Positions 29,206 to 37,576 of a DNA stretch of 64,000 bases are shown in pieces. The translations under genes and the position numbers were made by a program. Origin of the DNA: Candidatus Micrarchaeota archaeon (GTDB taxonomy: Archaea; Micrarchaeota; Micrarchaeia; Micrarchaeales; CABMGC01); the NCBI GenBank assembly GCA_021803425.1, contig JAJZLN010000021.1:1252-65251 (forward strand), written 5' to 3'. Numbering within the stretch: the stretch's first letter is position 1; each line of letters starts with the position of its first letter. A model generated the notes under the pieces. The model did no database searches, was not told the DNA's origin, and saw only the letters and a program-made list of their open reading frames with translations.

Positions 29206-29388
29206 ATGCCTAATAATCCAGGAAGGATAGACGGGGACTACAGCACAGGTGATAAAGAATCTGTAAAGTTTGTGGATCCAGGAAACTTTGGGAGAATCCA
29301 GGCCAAGAAACGTTATTCAAATTCAAGAGTTTTTTATCTGATAATTATTATAATAGCGCTACTTATTGCGTTCGTATTGCTGGGTTAA
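29206..29388 (+). CDS. Small tail-anchored membrane protein, hypothetical
   Basis: 60-aa ORF with one C-terminal TM helix (VFYLIIIIIALLIAFVLLG), directly upstream of the next plus-strand gene. Confidence 0.3.
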   Translation: MPNNPGRIDGDYSTGDKESVKFVDPGNFGRIQAKKRYSNSRVFYLIIIIIALLIAFVLLG

Positions 29389-29390
29389 GT

Positions 29391-29729
29391 ATGCAGTATA
29401 TAGAAGAGATAAATTTCGATGAGGCCTTGGAACTTGTTAGATCAGATGCGACTGTTTACGCGTTTGTAAATAACATTGGGGAACTGGAATTCCTCAAGGA
29501 GATGTTGAATTCGAAAGACGTATTGAGCATTGACCTTGATGAGGCACGTGAAATAGTCATGTGCAGCATTGAAGGAACGCTGCCTTCTATTGATGTTAAA
29601 AAATATGAACATTCAATTGTAGTATGCCCGCATGGAAAAACATCGTTGAAATTTATTAGATCCCTCTCAGTTTTTAATATAACTGCACATAGTCTGAAAG
29701 AGGGCACAGAAGGATTGCGCATGAGATAG
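29391..29729 (+). CDS. Possible single-domain rhodanese-like protein
   Basis: 112 aa. IVVCPHGKTSLKFIRSL...AHSLKEGTEG resembles the rhodanese active-site loop (C-x-x-G-x-[RKT]-S) and the C-terminal G-G motif. Confidence 0.4.
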   Translation: MQYIEEINFDEALELVRSDATVYAFVNNIGELEFLKEMLNSKDVLSIDLDEAREIVMCSIEGTLPSIDVKKYEHSIVVCPHGKTSLKFIRSLSVFNITAHSLKEGTEGLRMR

Positions 29730-29733
29730 CTAG

Positions 29734-30456
29734 CTATTGCCTTCTATTTCCGCCGTCAACTGGGATAACTGCACCGTTTACCCACGAGGCATCTTCACTA
29801 AGCAGCCACGCAATTACAACGGCAACGTCTTCTGGTGGACATTCGGAATCCCCGAGCTTTCTATATGTTTTCCAATCCCTGCCAGGCACAAAATCATGCC
29901 TCATGGATTTTGGTGCGACCGAATTGACTCGTATGCCTCTTGGAATTAACTCCGATGCAAGCACTTCTGTTGCTTTAGCTACTCCTGCCTTTGTAGAAGA
30001 ATAAGCAACATTCCCAATGCCGGTAGCATACGTGCCAAGTGTTGATGAAATCATTACTATAGATGAGCCATTTTTAAGATACTGCAAGCTGCTCTTGATC
30101 AGATAGAGGGGACCTTTTAAATTTGCGTTTATCATCTCGTTTAGTCCGTGCTCATCAAGCATATCTATAGGAGTATCTGTGTAATTGCCTACAAGTATGA
30201 CTAAGCCATCTATTTGGCCTAACTGCTTTATCGCTTCTGAAATTATGTAATTTGCACCTTCTGGAGTTGATGCATCAGACACAACAAAAGAAAGCCTGCC
30301 ATAAACTGACAGTTCTGATTTAAGAAGCTCAAGCCTATCCAATGTCCGCGAAGCCATAACTACTTCTGCTCCATGCTTAAGTAGCAGATACACCGTGGCA
30401 GGACCAAGCCCCTTCCCAACGCCAACCACCAATATCTTCTTGTCTTTTAATTCCAT
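29734..30456 (-). CDS. Short-chain dehydrogenase/reductase (SDR)
   Basis: Cofactor-binding KKILVVGVGKGLG and catalytic YSSTKAG (Y-x3-K); 240 aa. Confidence 0.85.
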   Translation of the reverse strand: MELKDKKILVVGVGKGLGPATVYLLLKHGAEVVMASRTLDRLELLKSELSVYGRLSFVVSDASTPEGANYIISEAIKQLGQIDGLVILVGNYTDTPIDMLDEHGLNEMINANLKGPLYLIKSSLQYLKNGSSIVMISSTLGTYATGIGNVAYSSTKAGVAKATEVLASELIPRGIRVNSVAPKSMRHDFVPGRDWKTYRKLGDSECPPEDVAVVIAWLLSEDASWVNGAVIPVDGGNRRQ

Positions 30457-30531
30457 AAGATATGCTACAGATGGTTTGAAGAAAAAGAATATAAAATAGG
30501 CAGATTACAAAATAATAAAGTTCATGATAGT

Positions 30532-31212
30532 ATGCTTACTGATAAATTCAGGCCGAATCATAGTGAAAAACCAGTGAAAACTAGGGAATTTATAGCTGAA
30601 ATGAAGGCATTGGCTAGGATTGGGGAAATGAATGACGCTGCATCAAAATTAAGCGAATCTGCAATGTCTGAAAACAAACTCGGCAATTTTGAGAATGCTG
30701 CAGTTTTTTACAACTGTGCAGGGGATATCCTAATAAAATCAGGAATTGCTGAAGATAGGGAATATGCAATAAACATGTATATGAAATCTGCAGAAGAATA
30801 TGAAAATGCCGGAATTATGGCATTTAAAAAATCTAACACTTATGAATCAGCGATTCTATTCAAGTTGGCTGCAAATGCATATAAATTGGGTGGAGGAAAC
30901 GCCAATTTAAAAGAAGCGGCAAGATGTTTTGAAATTGCTGCAAGTTTTTTTGAGCATGCTGCAAATTTCGAGTATTTTGAAAATGCAAATGCCAAGGAGA
31001 GTAAGGAGATAATGTTAATTTTTTCTGCAGAATCAAATAGAGACGCGGCCAAAATGTATTTATCATTAGACGAAGTTATAGATGAAGATTCGAAAGCTAT
31101 TGTAGATAATCTTATCAAAGCTTCTGAAAGGTACGGAAATGCCGGTGAAATTGTTAGATCCGCAGATTGTATTGTTGATGCGGAGTTATACAGGATTATT
31201 GGTAGCAAATAA
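30532..31212 (+). CDS. Hypothetical all-alpha repeat protein (TPR/SNAP-like), paralog 1
   Basis: 226 aa of repeated Ala/Asn/Tyr-rich helical hairpins (AAVFYNCAGDILIKSG, REYAINMYMKSAEEYENAG, AILFKLAANAYKLGG, AARCFEIAASFFEHAANFEY). Shares the ordered motifs YNCAG and RE.xI.MY.K with the next gene. Confidence 0.5.
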   Translation: MLTDKFRPNHSEKPVKTREFIAEMKALARIGEMNDAASKLSESAMSENKLGNFENAAVFYNCAGDILIKSGIAEDREYAINMYMKSAEEYENAGIMAFKKSNTYESAILFKLAANAYKLGGGNANLKEAARCFEIAASFFEHAANFEYFENANAKESKEIMLIFSAESNRDAAKMYLSLDEVIDEDSKAIVDNLIKASERYGNAGEIVRSADCIVDAELYRIIGSK

Positions 31213-31367
31213 GCAAAATAACAGAAAAACTTATTAATAAAGTAAAAATAGCTAAATATTTATATGTAAACGGATAGACTACTATTAACTGATAAATCCC
31301 GGCAGTTATACTCGAGTACATGTGTTAAAATTTGAGAGATATGGGGCAATAAAAATTGCCATAAAGA

Positions 31368-32033
31368 ATGCACTTGAAAAGAGAGATTGAAAAGAAAATG
31401 ATATTTATGGTAACTAGAAATTTCAAAAAAAATCCTGAATTGAAGGAAATTGTCGATATATGTTTAATGCAGTTTAGAAAGGATGTTGTTTCTGGAGAGA
31501 ATAAAAAGGCAGTTAACTATCTGGTATCTTTTGCAGAATATATCAAAATGAATGGCAATGAGGGATTTGTTGTAGATATGTATATATCTTTGGGGTGGTT
31601 TATGCAACGCTACGATAAAAACATTTCTGGCATGTTTTATCTTAAGGCATCTTCATCATTTGCCCATATGGCCAATATTTATGAAAATGAAGGATTCTTT
31701 CTTGATGCCTCAGAACTATATAATTGTGCTGGAGCATCAATCAAAAATGCAATAAACTGCGGCTACCCGGAAAGCTTAAGGGAACATGAAATTAGGATGT
31801 ATTTAAAAGGAGGAGACTGCTTCCTCAGCGAGGCGCAAGAAATTTTAAAACGAGACAATGCAAGCAGATATATATCATTCGCAATTGAATCTGTTAAACG
31901 CGCAGAGAAGATATACACACGGGCAACCAGTATTAATCCAGGGCACATATTAGTTGTTTCAGAATCACTAATAAATGAATCAAAGTTAGAGCATATTAGG
32001 ACATTGATAAGAGATAAATCAGGTAGTGATTGA
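31368..32033 (+). CDS. Hypothetical all-alpha repeat protein (TPR/SNAP-like), paralog 2
   Basis: 221 aa. ASELYNCAGASIKNAIN and REHEIRMYLKGG align with paralog 1. The start may be a downstream Met (31398 or 31407). Confidence 0.5.
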   Translation: MHLKREIEKKMIFMVTRNFKKNPELKEIVDICLMQFRKDVVSGENKKAVNYLVSFAEYIKMNGNEGFVVDMYISLGWFMQRYDKNISGMFYLKASSSFAHMANIYENEGFFLDASELYNCAGASIKNAINCGYPESLREHEIRMYLKGGDCFLSEAQEILKRDNASRYISFAIESVKRAEKIYTRATSINPGHILVVSESLINESKLEHIRTLIRDKSGSD

Positions 32034-32375
32034 TTTCATGATCCAAAAAGCGCTTTATCATTACTTATTAAACTTGCATTTTTGCATATATTTTCTAATT
32101 TGTATAGAAACAATGACGCTTCTTTTGCCGTTTTCATGTGCTTATTTTATCCATATCTTTAATTACATTGTTTTGGATGAATTAAAATAAATCCATAAAT
32201 CGGATTTGCAGCACTGAATTTTGAATGCTGTGCATATTTGACAATCGGCCCCATATTGCGAAAGATTTAAATAGGTGTTAGAGATAAAGTAATTTAAGTT
32301 GTTTTGATGACTAGCACTTTTGCGACTAACGTAAAGTGTATCGGAAGGGGAATGCCCTCATTGCTAGTCATAGGA

Positions 32376-32406
32376 ATATGGGGAATAGTAAATTATTGCC
32401 CCATAT
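32376..32406 (+). promoter_or_regulatory. Imperfect palindrome ATATGGGGAAT-N8-ATTGCCCCATAT, candidate operator upstream of the wHTH gene
   Basis: Read directly from the sequence, about 50 nt upstream of the ATG at 32457. The half-site ATATGGGGCAA recurs at 31339..31349, and GGCCCCATAT occurs at 32248..32257. Confidence 0.35.
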
Positions 32407-32456
32407 TTGTTGCATAAAGGCACAAAACAAAACTCTTTTTTTAACTTGGTGCCTCT

Positions 32457-32801
32457 ATGCAATTAAACTATCCTATTAGGAACAAAAATTTAGCTCTTAA
32501 GGTTACTGACAAGGAGCTTACACTGCTTTATGAGATAGGGCTAAATGTATTTCCTACAGCTACGGAATTCGTAGATAGCGTAGCAGCCAAACATGATGTA
32601 TGCAAAAGCGGAATTTGGTACACCCTTAAGAAACTTAAGTCAGGAGGACTTGTAGATTTCACAGAAAAAGGGGAAGGCCATAGGCCTCTGTCATTAACAG
32701 ACGCAGGAACACAAGCAATAAGAAGCAAGATAATAGATGTTGAAAACAGACATTATCATTATATAACAGGGATAATGCAAATTAAAGTGGGTGCCAAATA
32801 A
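32457..32801 (+). CDS. Winged helix-turn-helix DNA-binding protein (putative transcriptional regulator)
   Basis: 114 aa. VCKSGIWYTLKKLKSGGLVDFTEKGEGHRPLSLTDAG is a typical recognition helix plus wing. Its stop overlaps the start of the next gene (ATAATG). Confidence 0.65.
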   Translation: MQLNYPIRNKNLALKVTDKELTLLYEIGLNVFPTATEFVDSVAAKHDVCKSGIWYTLKKLKSGGLVDFTEKGEGHRPLSLTDAGTQAIRSKIIDVENRHYHYITGIMQIKVGAK

Positions 32802-33367
32802 TGACTACAATAAACAATCCGAAAAATAAAAAGACTTATGATGTTGTTCTCCATGAAAACAAAGATGAAGCTACACGGGCTCCAGATGCAAATGCTGCTG
32901 TTGCTGGCACGGTAAGCCAATTATCTCGTGCAATAATAACAGGAAATGTAGATGATATAAAGATATTATCGAAACTTGTAGAAAAAAGCGATCTGAATGA
33001 TTCGGTGTTCCTTGCATGTATGACCAGAACATGTACAGAATCAGTAATACCTACATTATTTGAAGTTGGAGCAGATAAGGAGTATAGAGATAGCAGTGGA
33101 AGGACCTATGTACATGAAGCCGCAAGTTATGGCAACGTAATTGCGCTTACTTCTCTTGCAAAAGCAGGAGCAGATATGAATGCAAAAGATAAAAGAGGCA
33201 GCACCCCGTTATTCGAAGCTGCAATGTTTGGACATTTAAACGTGGCAAAAGCATTGAAAAATATGAATGTTGACGTTTCAATAAAAAATATTTTCAGAAA
33301 CACTGCAGAAGAAATTGCGAAAAAGCGTGGATATGAGGATATAGCAAAACTTTTAAGGAGCAAATAG
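32801..33367 (+). CDS. Ankyrin-repeat protein
   Basis: At least three ANK repeats: GRTYVHEAASYGNVIALTSLAKAGADMNAKDKRGSTPLFEAAMFGHLNVAKALKNMNVDVSIKN....TAEEIAKKRGYEDIAKLL. Confidence 0.85.
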   Translation: MTTINNPKNKKTYDVVLHENKDEATRAPDANAAVAGTVSQLSRAIITGNVDDIKILSKLVEKSDLNDSVFLACMTRTCTESVIPTLFEVGADKEYRDSSGRTYVHEAASYGNVIALTSLAKAGADMNAKDKRGSTPLFEAAMFGHLNVAKALKNMNVDVSIKNIFRNTAEEIAKKRGYEDIAKLLRSK

Positions 33368-33384
33368 AATTTTGAATTGATTTT

Positions 33385-34116
33385 ATGGAAACAGGAAAAA
33401 ATCGGACTACTGCAAAATTTAACTCGTTGATTGCGAATAAGCTTGAGCATGCAGAACAAACAAAAATATATGGCATTGGGCCAGGACTCCGACTTATAAG
33501 AGGCAATAAAGAAGATGATCAATCTGCTCTGCTTAAGGAATTGGCAAGAAATTCGCCACCTTCAGATAAAGAGGCAAAGTGGATTCATTCGAAAACCAGC
33601 GTTGTAAAGGAGGCTGCAGCAAATGTAAGAAAAGAGATATCATCCGCATTCAATGAGTCGGCTAAAAGGATAATCAAGGATATTATCAGCATAAATGAGG
33701 GACAGATGTTCTTTGGTAATTATGAAGAAAGACATTCAAGAAGAGTAGGGAGTAATTTTGAAGAGACATCAATGAATCCTAATAACTGCACTATTAATAA
33801 TTTTAATTTAACAATAAAATTACTGAATTTTTACCTGCCTGAGAAATTTGGAGAACTTATGCTCGATACGATAAAATTTAACAGGAATATTGGAGTAGAC
33901 ACAACTTCTGATGTGGCCGATTCTTTCTCCAAACCTTTTGAAAACAGGGTATTAGGAAAGTTAGATGTAATAAAGAAGCAGTCAATAAATGCCTTAGGTA
34001 TGGTTAATAGTATTCATGGACTCGATAGCGCAGTTACTAAAATCGAAAATTCAGTTTATGACATAGTAAATGACATTATCAAGGAATCTGCAAATATAAA
34101 AGACAAAATTAGGTAA
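33385..34116 (+). CDS. Hypothetical protein; third gene of the wHTH-ankyrin unit
   Basis: 243-aa ORF starting 17 nt after the ankyrin gene. No recognisable motif. Confidence 0.45.
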   Translation: METGKNRTTAKFNSLIANKLEHAEQTKIYGIGPGLRLIRGNKEDDQSALLKELARNSPPSDKEAKWIHSKTSVVKEAAANVRKEISSAFNESAKRIIKDIISINEGQMFFGNYEERHSRRVGSNFEETSMNPNNCTINNFNLTIKLLNFYLPEKFGELMLDTIKFNRNIGVDTTSDVADSFSKPFENRVLGKLDVIKKQSINALGMVNSIHGLDSAVTKIENSVYDIVNDIIKESANIKDKIR

Positions 34117-34256
34117 ATATCTAACATATTCACATGAATGCATTTATTGCCCAATATATGCTGAAATTTAAATGTTATTTAAGGATAAATTTTTAATAAA
34201 CATATCAGCAACCAATATGCTATGTAAAATTTTAATTTAATCAAAATGTAGATTTT

Positions 34257-35285
34257 ATGCATATTAAAAGACAATCAAAAAAAGGCACACTATTGAAGCC
34301 GGAAGTGCTTCAGGAACCAGTGCTTTACAAAGAAAATCCGCATGCAGTTAAGGAAGTGCAAAATTCTGAGAAGCATGCATTACGCATGCTATTTAGAAAA
34401 CCTGGCAATGTAGTTAAAAGTAAAATAAAACCGTATTTATACACATCTACTGCAGGGATATTATTTGGGACTTCTGGTTTCTTCGTGGCAAACATGCATG
34501 GAATGAATCCCATTGAGATAGCCGCAATTACATCCGCATTTTCATCTACAGCATTCGGCATTGGCATGCTTGCCACAAAAAAGAAGTTCAAAGTTAAGGA
34601 TTGGAAATCGCTTTCGGTTGCAGGACTTTCTCAGGCAGTTTCAACTCCGCTCTTCTTTGGCGCAATAAGCGCAGGCGCAAAAATAGGGGAAGCTACGCTA
34701 TTGTCGGCAACCAGCTATGCATTCTCCATGGTATTTTCATCTGTCTTACTTAAAGAAAAACCAGATAAGATATCTATAGGAGCCATGATTGCATCATTTG
34801 TAGGCGCGGGGCTTATATTGCAACCAACATCAATGCCAAATCCGGCTGATCTCTTAGCGCTTGCATCTGGATTATCATATGGGCTGACATTCGTTTCGAT
34901 AAGAAAAAGCCAGAAATCTAATAATGACATGGCAACAACAATGGGTCTTCTTTCAATACCTGCAATTGTTCTGGGGCCATTATCTTTGATAAATCCGACC
35001 ATGCCATCGATCAGTGCACTCGGATTGATGTCCGGGCTTTCGGTATCCGCATACTTGATTCCGCAGAATATGCTTACCAAAGGGCTTACCTCATTACAAG
35101 TAAATGATTCAGGAGCACCACTACTTCTTGAACCACTATCTGCAACGGTTATAGGGTATGTAGCTCTTGGACAAACGATGGGTATTTTGCAAATAGTGGG
35201 CGGATCGGTGATAGTAGGATCTACACTTGCACTTATGGCAATACGTAATAAGAAGGAATTGCCACCAGGAAACGATGCTGATTGA
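34257..35285 (+). CDS. DMT/EamA-like transporter
   Basis: About 10 TM helices arranged as two EamA-like halves, each followed by a loop (SSVLLKEKP). Has an N-terminal soluble extension of about 60 aa. Confidence 0.5.
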   Translation: MHIKRQSKKGTLLKPEVLQEPVLYKENPHAVKEVQNSEKHALRMLFRKPGNVVKSKIKPYLYTSTAGILFGTSGFFVANMHGMNPIEIAAITSAFSSTAFGIGMLATKKKFKVKDWKSLSVAGLSQAVSTPLFFGAISAGAKIGEATLLSATSYAFSMVFSSVLLKEKPDKISIGAMIASFVGAGLILQPTSMPNPADLLALASGLSYGLTFVSIRKSQKSNNDMATTMGLLSIPAIVLGPLSLINPTMPSISALGLMSGLSVSAYLIPQNMLTKGLTSLQVNDSGAPLLLEPLSATVIGYVALGQTMGILQIVGGSVIVGSTLALMAIRNKKELPPGNDAD

Positions 35286-35477
35286 AGTATTATAACCTGA
35301 CCACAATAAATGCGGGTGTAGATAGCCACACACCCATAATCATTGTTTTTATTTTGAACAAAAATAGCCGTGCTTTTAATCCAAAAACAATGTCTCCTTA
35401 AATTTCCAGCATTTATTGGAACTTGGGAATGAATATTTAAATTAGTTTACACACTTACTTTATCATAAAGTGTTAAG

Positions 35478-36497
35478 ATGATACGGGTAGGGGTTAATGG
35501 GTACGGAGTTATAGGTAGAAGAGTAGCGTACGCCATATCAAAACAAAATGATATGGAACTTGTAGGAATAGCCAAACCTGACCCTGATTACAAAGCAAAA
35601 TTAGCTATAAAAAGAGGATTTGATATATATGCATCTTGTGATGCTGATCGCGTAGCTTCTTTTGACAGTAAAGGTGTAAAGATACGTGGAATGCTTTCTG
35701 ATCTTATTGAAAAAGTAGATATAATGGTGGATTGCACACCAGAAGGGGTAGGAGCAAAGAACCAAAAAATTTATGACAAAGCCGGAATAAAGGCAATATG
35801 GCAAGGAGGGGAAGAGCATTCAATATCTAACTTTTCATTTAATGCATATGTAAATTATAGTAGTGCTATAAATGCAAAGTATTCAAGAATAGTGTCATGC
35901 AACACTACAGGACTTATAAGAACATTGAATGCGTTGAATAATGCATTCGGTGTAAAATCAGTAAATGCTTTCCTTGTAAGGCGAGCAGCAGATCCTGTAG
36001 AGATAAAAAAAGGGCCTATAAATGCTATTGAAATAGAGAAGGATATGCCTTCCCATCATGGGGATGATGTCAAAACCGTTTTAAGTAATATGGACATACA
36101 CACGGTTGCAGCAAAGGCATCAACAACACTAATGCATCTCCATGATATAAATGTTGAATTAAAGAAAAATATAACAAAGGATGAAGTAATAGATGCATTC
36201 AGAAAATACAGAAGGATAATGTTAGTTTCGGCAGAAGACGGAATCACTTCCACAGCGCATGTAATGGATATTGCAAGGGAGCTTGGAAGAGGGCATGGAG
36301 ACATGTATGAAATAGCAGTATGGAAAGAAATGTTTGTAAATGACAGAAGGCTTCAGTATTTCCAAGCAATTCACCAGGAATCTGATGTAGTTCCTGAAAA
36401 CATTGATGCAATAAGAGCGATGTGCAATATTGAAACTGATGCAGAAAAATCAATAAACAAGACTGACATAAGCCTTGGGATTGGTGTATCATTATGA
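35478..36497 (+). CDS. gap: Glyceraldehyde-3-phosphate dehydrogenase, archaeal type II
   Basis: MIRVGVNGYGVIGRRVAYAI N-terminus, catalytic SCNTTGL; 339 aa. Confidence 0.9.
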   Translation: MIRVGVNGYGVIGRRVAYAISKQNDMELVGIAKPDPDYKAKLAIKRGFDIYASCDADRVASFDSKGVKIRGMLSDLIEKVDIMVDCTPEGVGAKNQKIYDKAGIKAIWQGGEEHSISNFSFNAYVNYSSAINAKYSRIVSCNTTGLIRTLNALNNAFGVKSVNAFLVRRAADPVEIKKGPINAIEIEKDMPSHHGDDVKTVLSNMDIHTVAAKASTTLMHLHDINVELKKNITKDEVIDAFRKYRRIMLVSAEDGITSTAHVMDIARELGRGHGDMYEIAVWKEMFVNDRRLQYFQAIHQESDVVPENIDAIRAMCNIETDAEKSINKTDISLGIGVSL

Positions 36498-37576
36498 AAA
36501 TAACAATATCAGCAATAAAAGCCGATGTAGGTTCGATAGGTGGACACACTAGACCTAGCGAAGAGGTACTTGAAAAGGTAGCAGACTTTGTAAGATCAAA
36601 CATGAAGAAGTCCGGAATTATTGATACCTACATAAGCTATACTGGAGATGATATACATATTTTGATGTCACATAGAAATGGAGTGAATAGCAGCAAAATA
36701 CATAAACTCGCTTGGGATGCGTTCAATGCAGGAGCGGAAATTGCTAGGAAACAGGGCTTGTACGGAGCAGGACAAGACCTCCTCAAGGATTCGTTTTCAG
36801 GAAATGTGAAGGGTATGGGACCGGGGGTTGCTGAAATGGAATTTGAAGAGCGCCCAAATGAAGCATTTGCATTGATAACAATGGATAAGACAGAACCAGG
36901 TGCCTTCAACTTCCCGATATACAGATTATTTTGCGAACCTTCTGCAAATACTGGATTGATAGTCAATCCAAAACTTGCGAAAGGAGTGACGCTTGTTGTG
37001 ATGGATGTTATGAAGAATAAAAAAGGCGAATTCAAAATACCGGAAGATAATTTCCTCATAGCAACAATGCTAATGTATCCAGGAAGATATGTGATAGATT
37101 CCATACGAAATGAAACCGACCCGATATTATCTGCAACAACCGACAGACTACATAATGTGGCAGGTACTTACGTTGGCAAAGATGATCCGGCTGCAATACT
37201 TAGGCTGCAAAAGGATTTTCCAGCGACAGAAGAAGCATGTTCAGTTTTTAAACTGGCCCATTACGTAGCAGGAGATACCAGAGGAAGCCACCATATGCCG
37301 CTTATGCCTGTTAAAAAAATGGCTAAAGCAAGCACGAATTATTGCATACCGATAGTAAGCTGCGTTCTATTCAGCATGCATGAAGGGATATTTACCGCAA
37401 ACACAGATGCATTCGATACCCCAGATTGGGATTATTACCGCATGAGAGCAGTGAAGAAAGCAGATTATATGAGAGAACAGGGATTTGTGCATCCTGCAAC
37501 ACTGATCCCTGAAGAGCTGGAGTACAGCAAAGGGTATAAAGCAATGATGAATGAGGCAACGAAGAGATTTAGGTGA
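36494..37576 (+). CDS. fbp: Fructose-1,6-bisphosphate aldolase/phosphatase (class V FBPase)
   Basis: MKITISAIKADVGSIGGHTRPS is the hallmark N-terminus of the archaeal bifunctional FBPA/P. 360 aa; ATGA overlap with gap. Confidence 0.9.
   Translation: MKITISAIKADVGSIGGHTRPSEEVLEKVADFVRSNMKKSGIIDTYISYTGDDIHILMSHRNGVNSSKIHKLAWDAFNAGAEIARKQGLYGAGQDLLKDSFSGNVKGMGPGVAEMEFEERPNEAFALITMDKTEPGAFNFPIYRLFCEPSANTGLIVNPKLAKGVTLVVMDVMKNKKGEFKIPEDNFLIATMLMYPGRYVIDSIRNETDPILSATTDRLHNVAGTYVGKDDPAAILRLQKDFPATEEACSVFKLAHYVAGDTRGSHHMPLMPVKKMAKASTNYCIPIVSCVLFSMHEGIFTANTDAFDTPDWDYYRMRAVKKADYMREQGFVHPATLIPEELEYSKGYKAMMNEATKRFR

Noticed and set aside
32300-32375. Possible C/D-box sRNA (TGATGA at 32305..32310)
   Set aside because: A C-box-like TGATGA is present, but no D box (CTGA) or C'/D' pair lies at appropriate spacing on either strand.
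34715-35329. Long antisense ORFs opposite annotated genes (34715..35329, 46275..46829, 49105..49689, 51723..52280, 57854..58381, 7351..7830 and similar)
   Set aside because: Each lies opposite a gene with strong family motifs (DMT transporter, pyrH, sdhB, ftsY, GT2, DUF373). All have Ser/Ile/Phe-rich shadow-frame composition.
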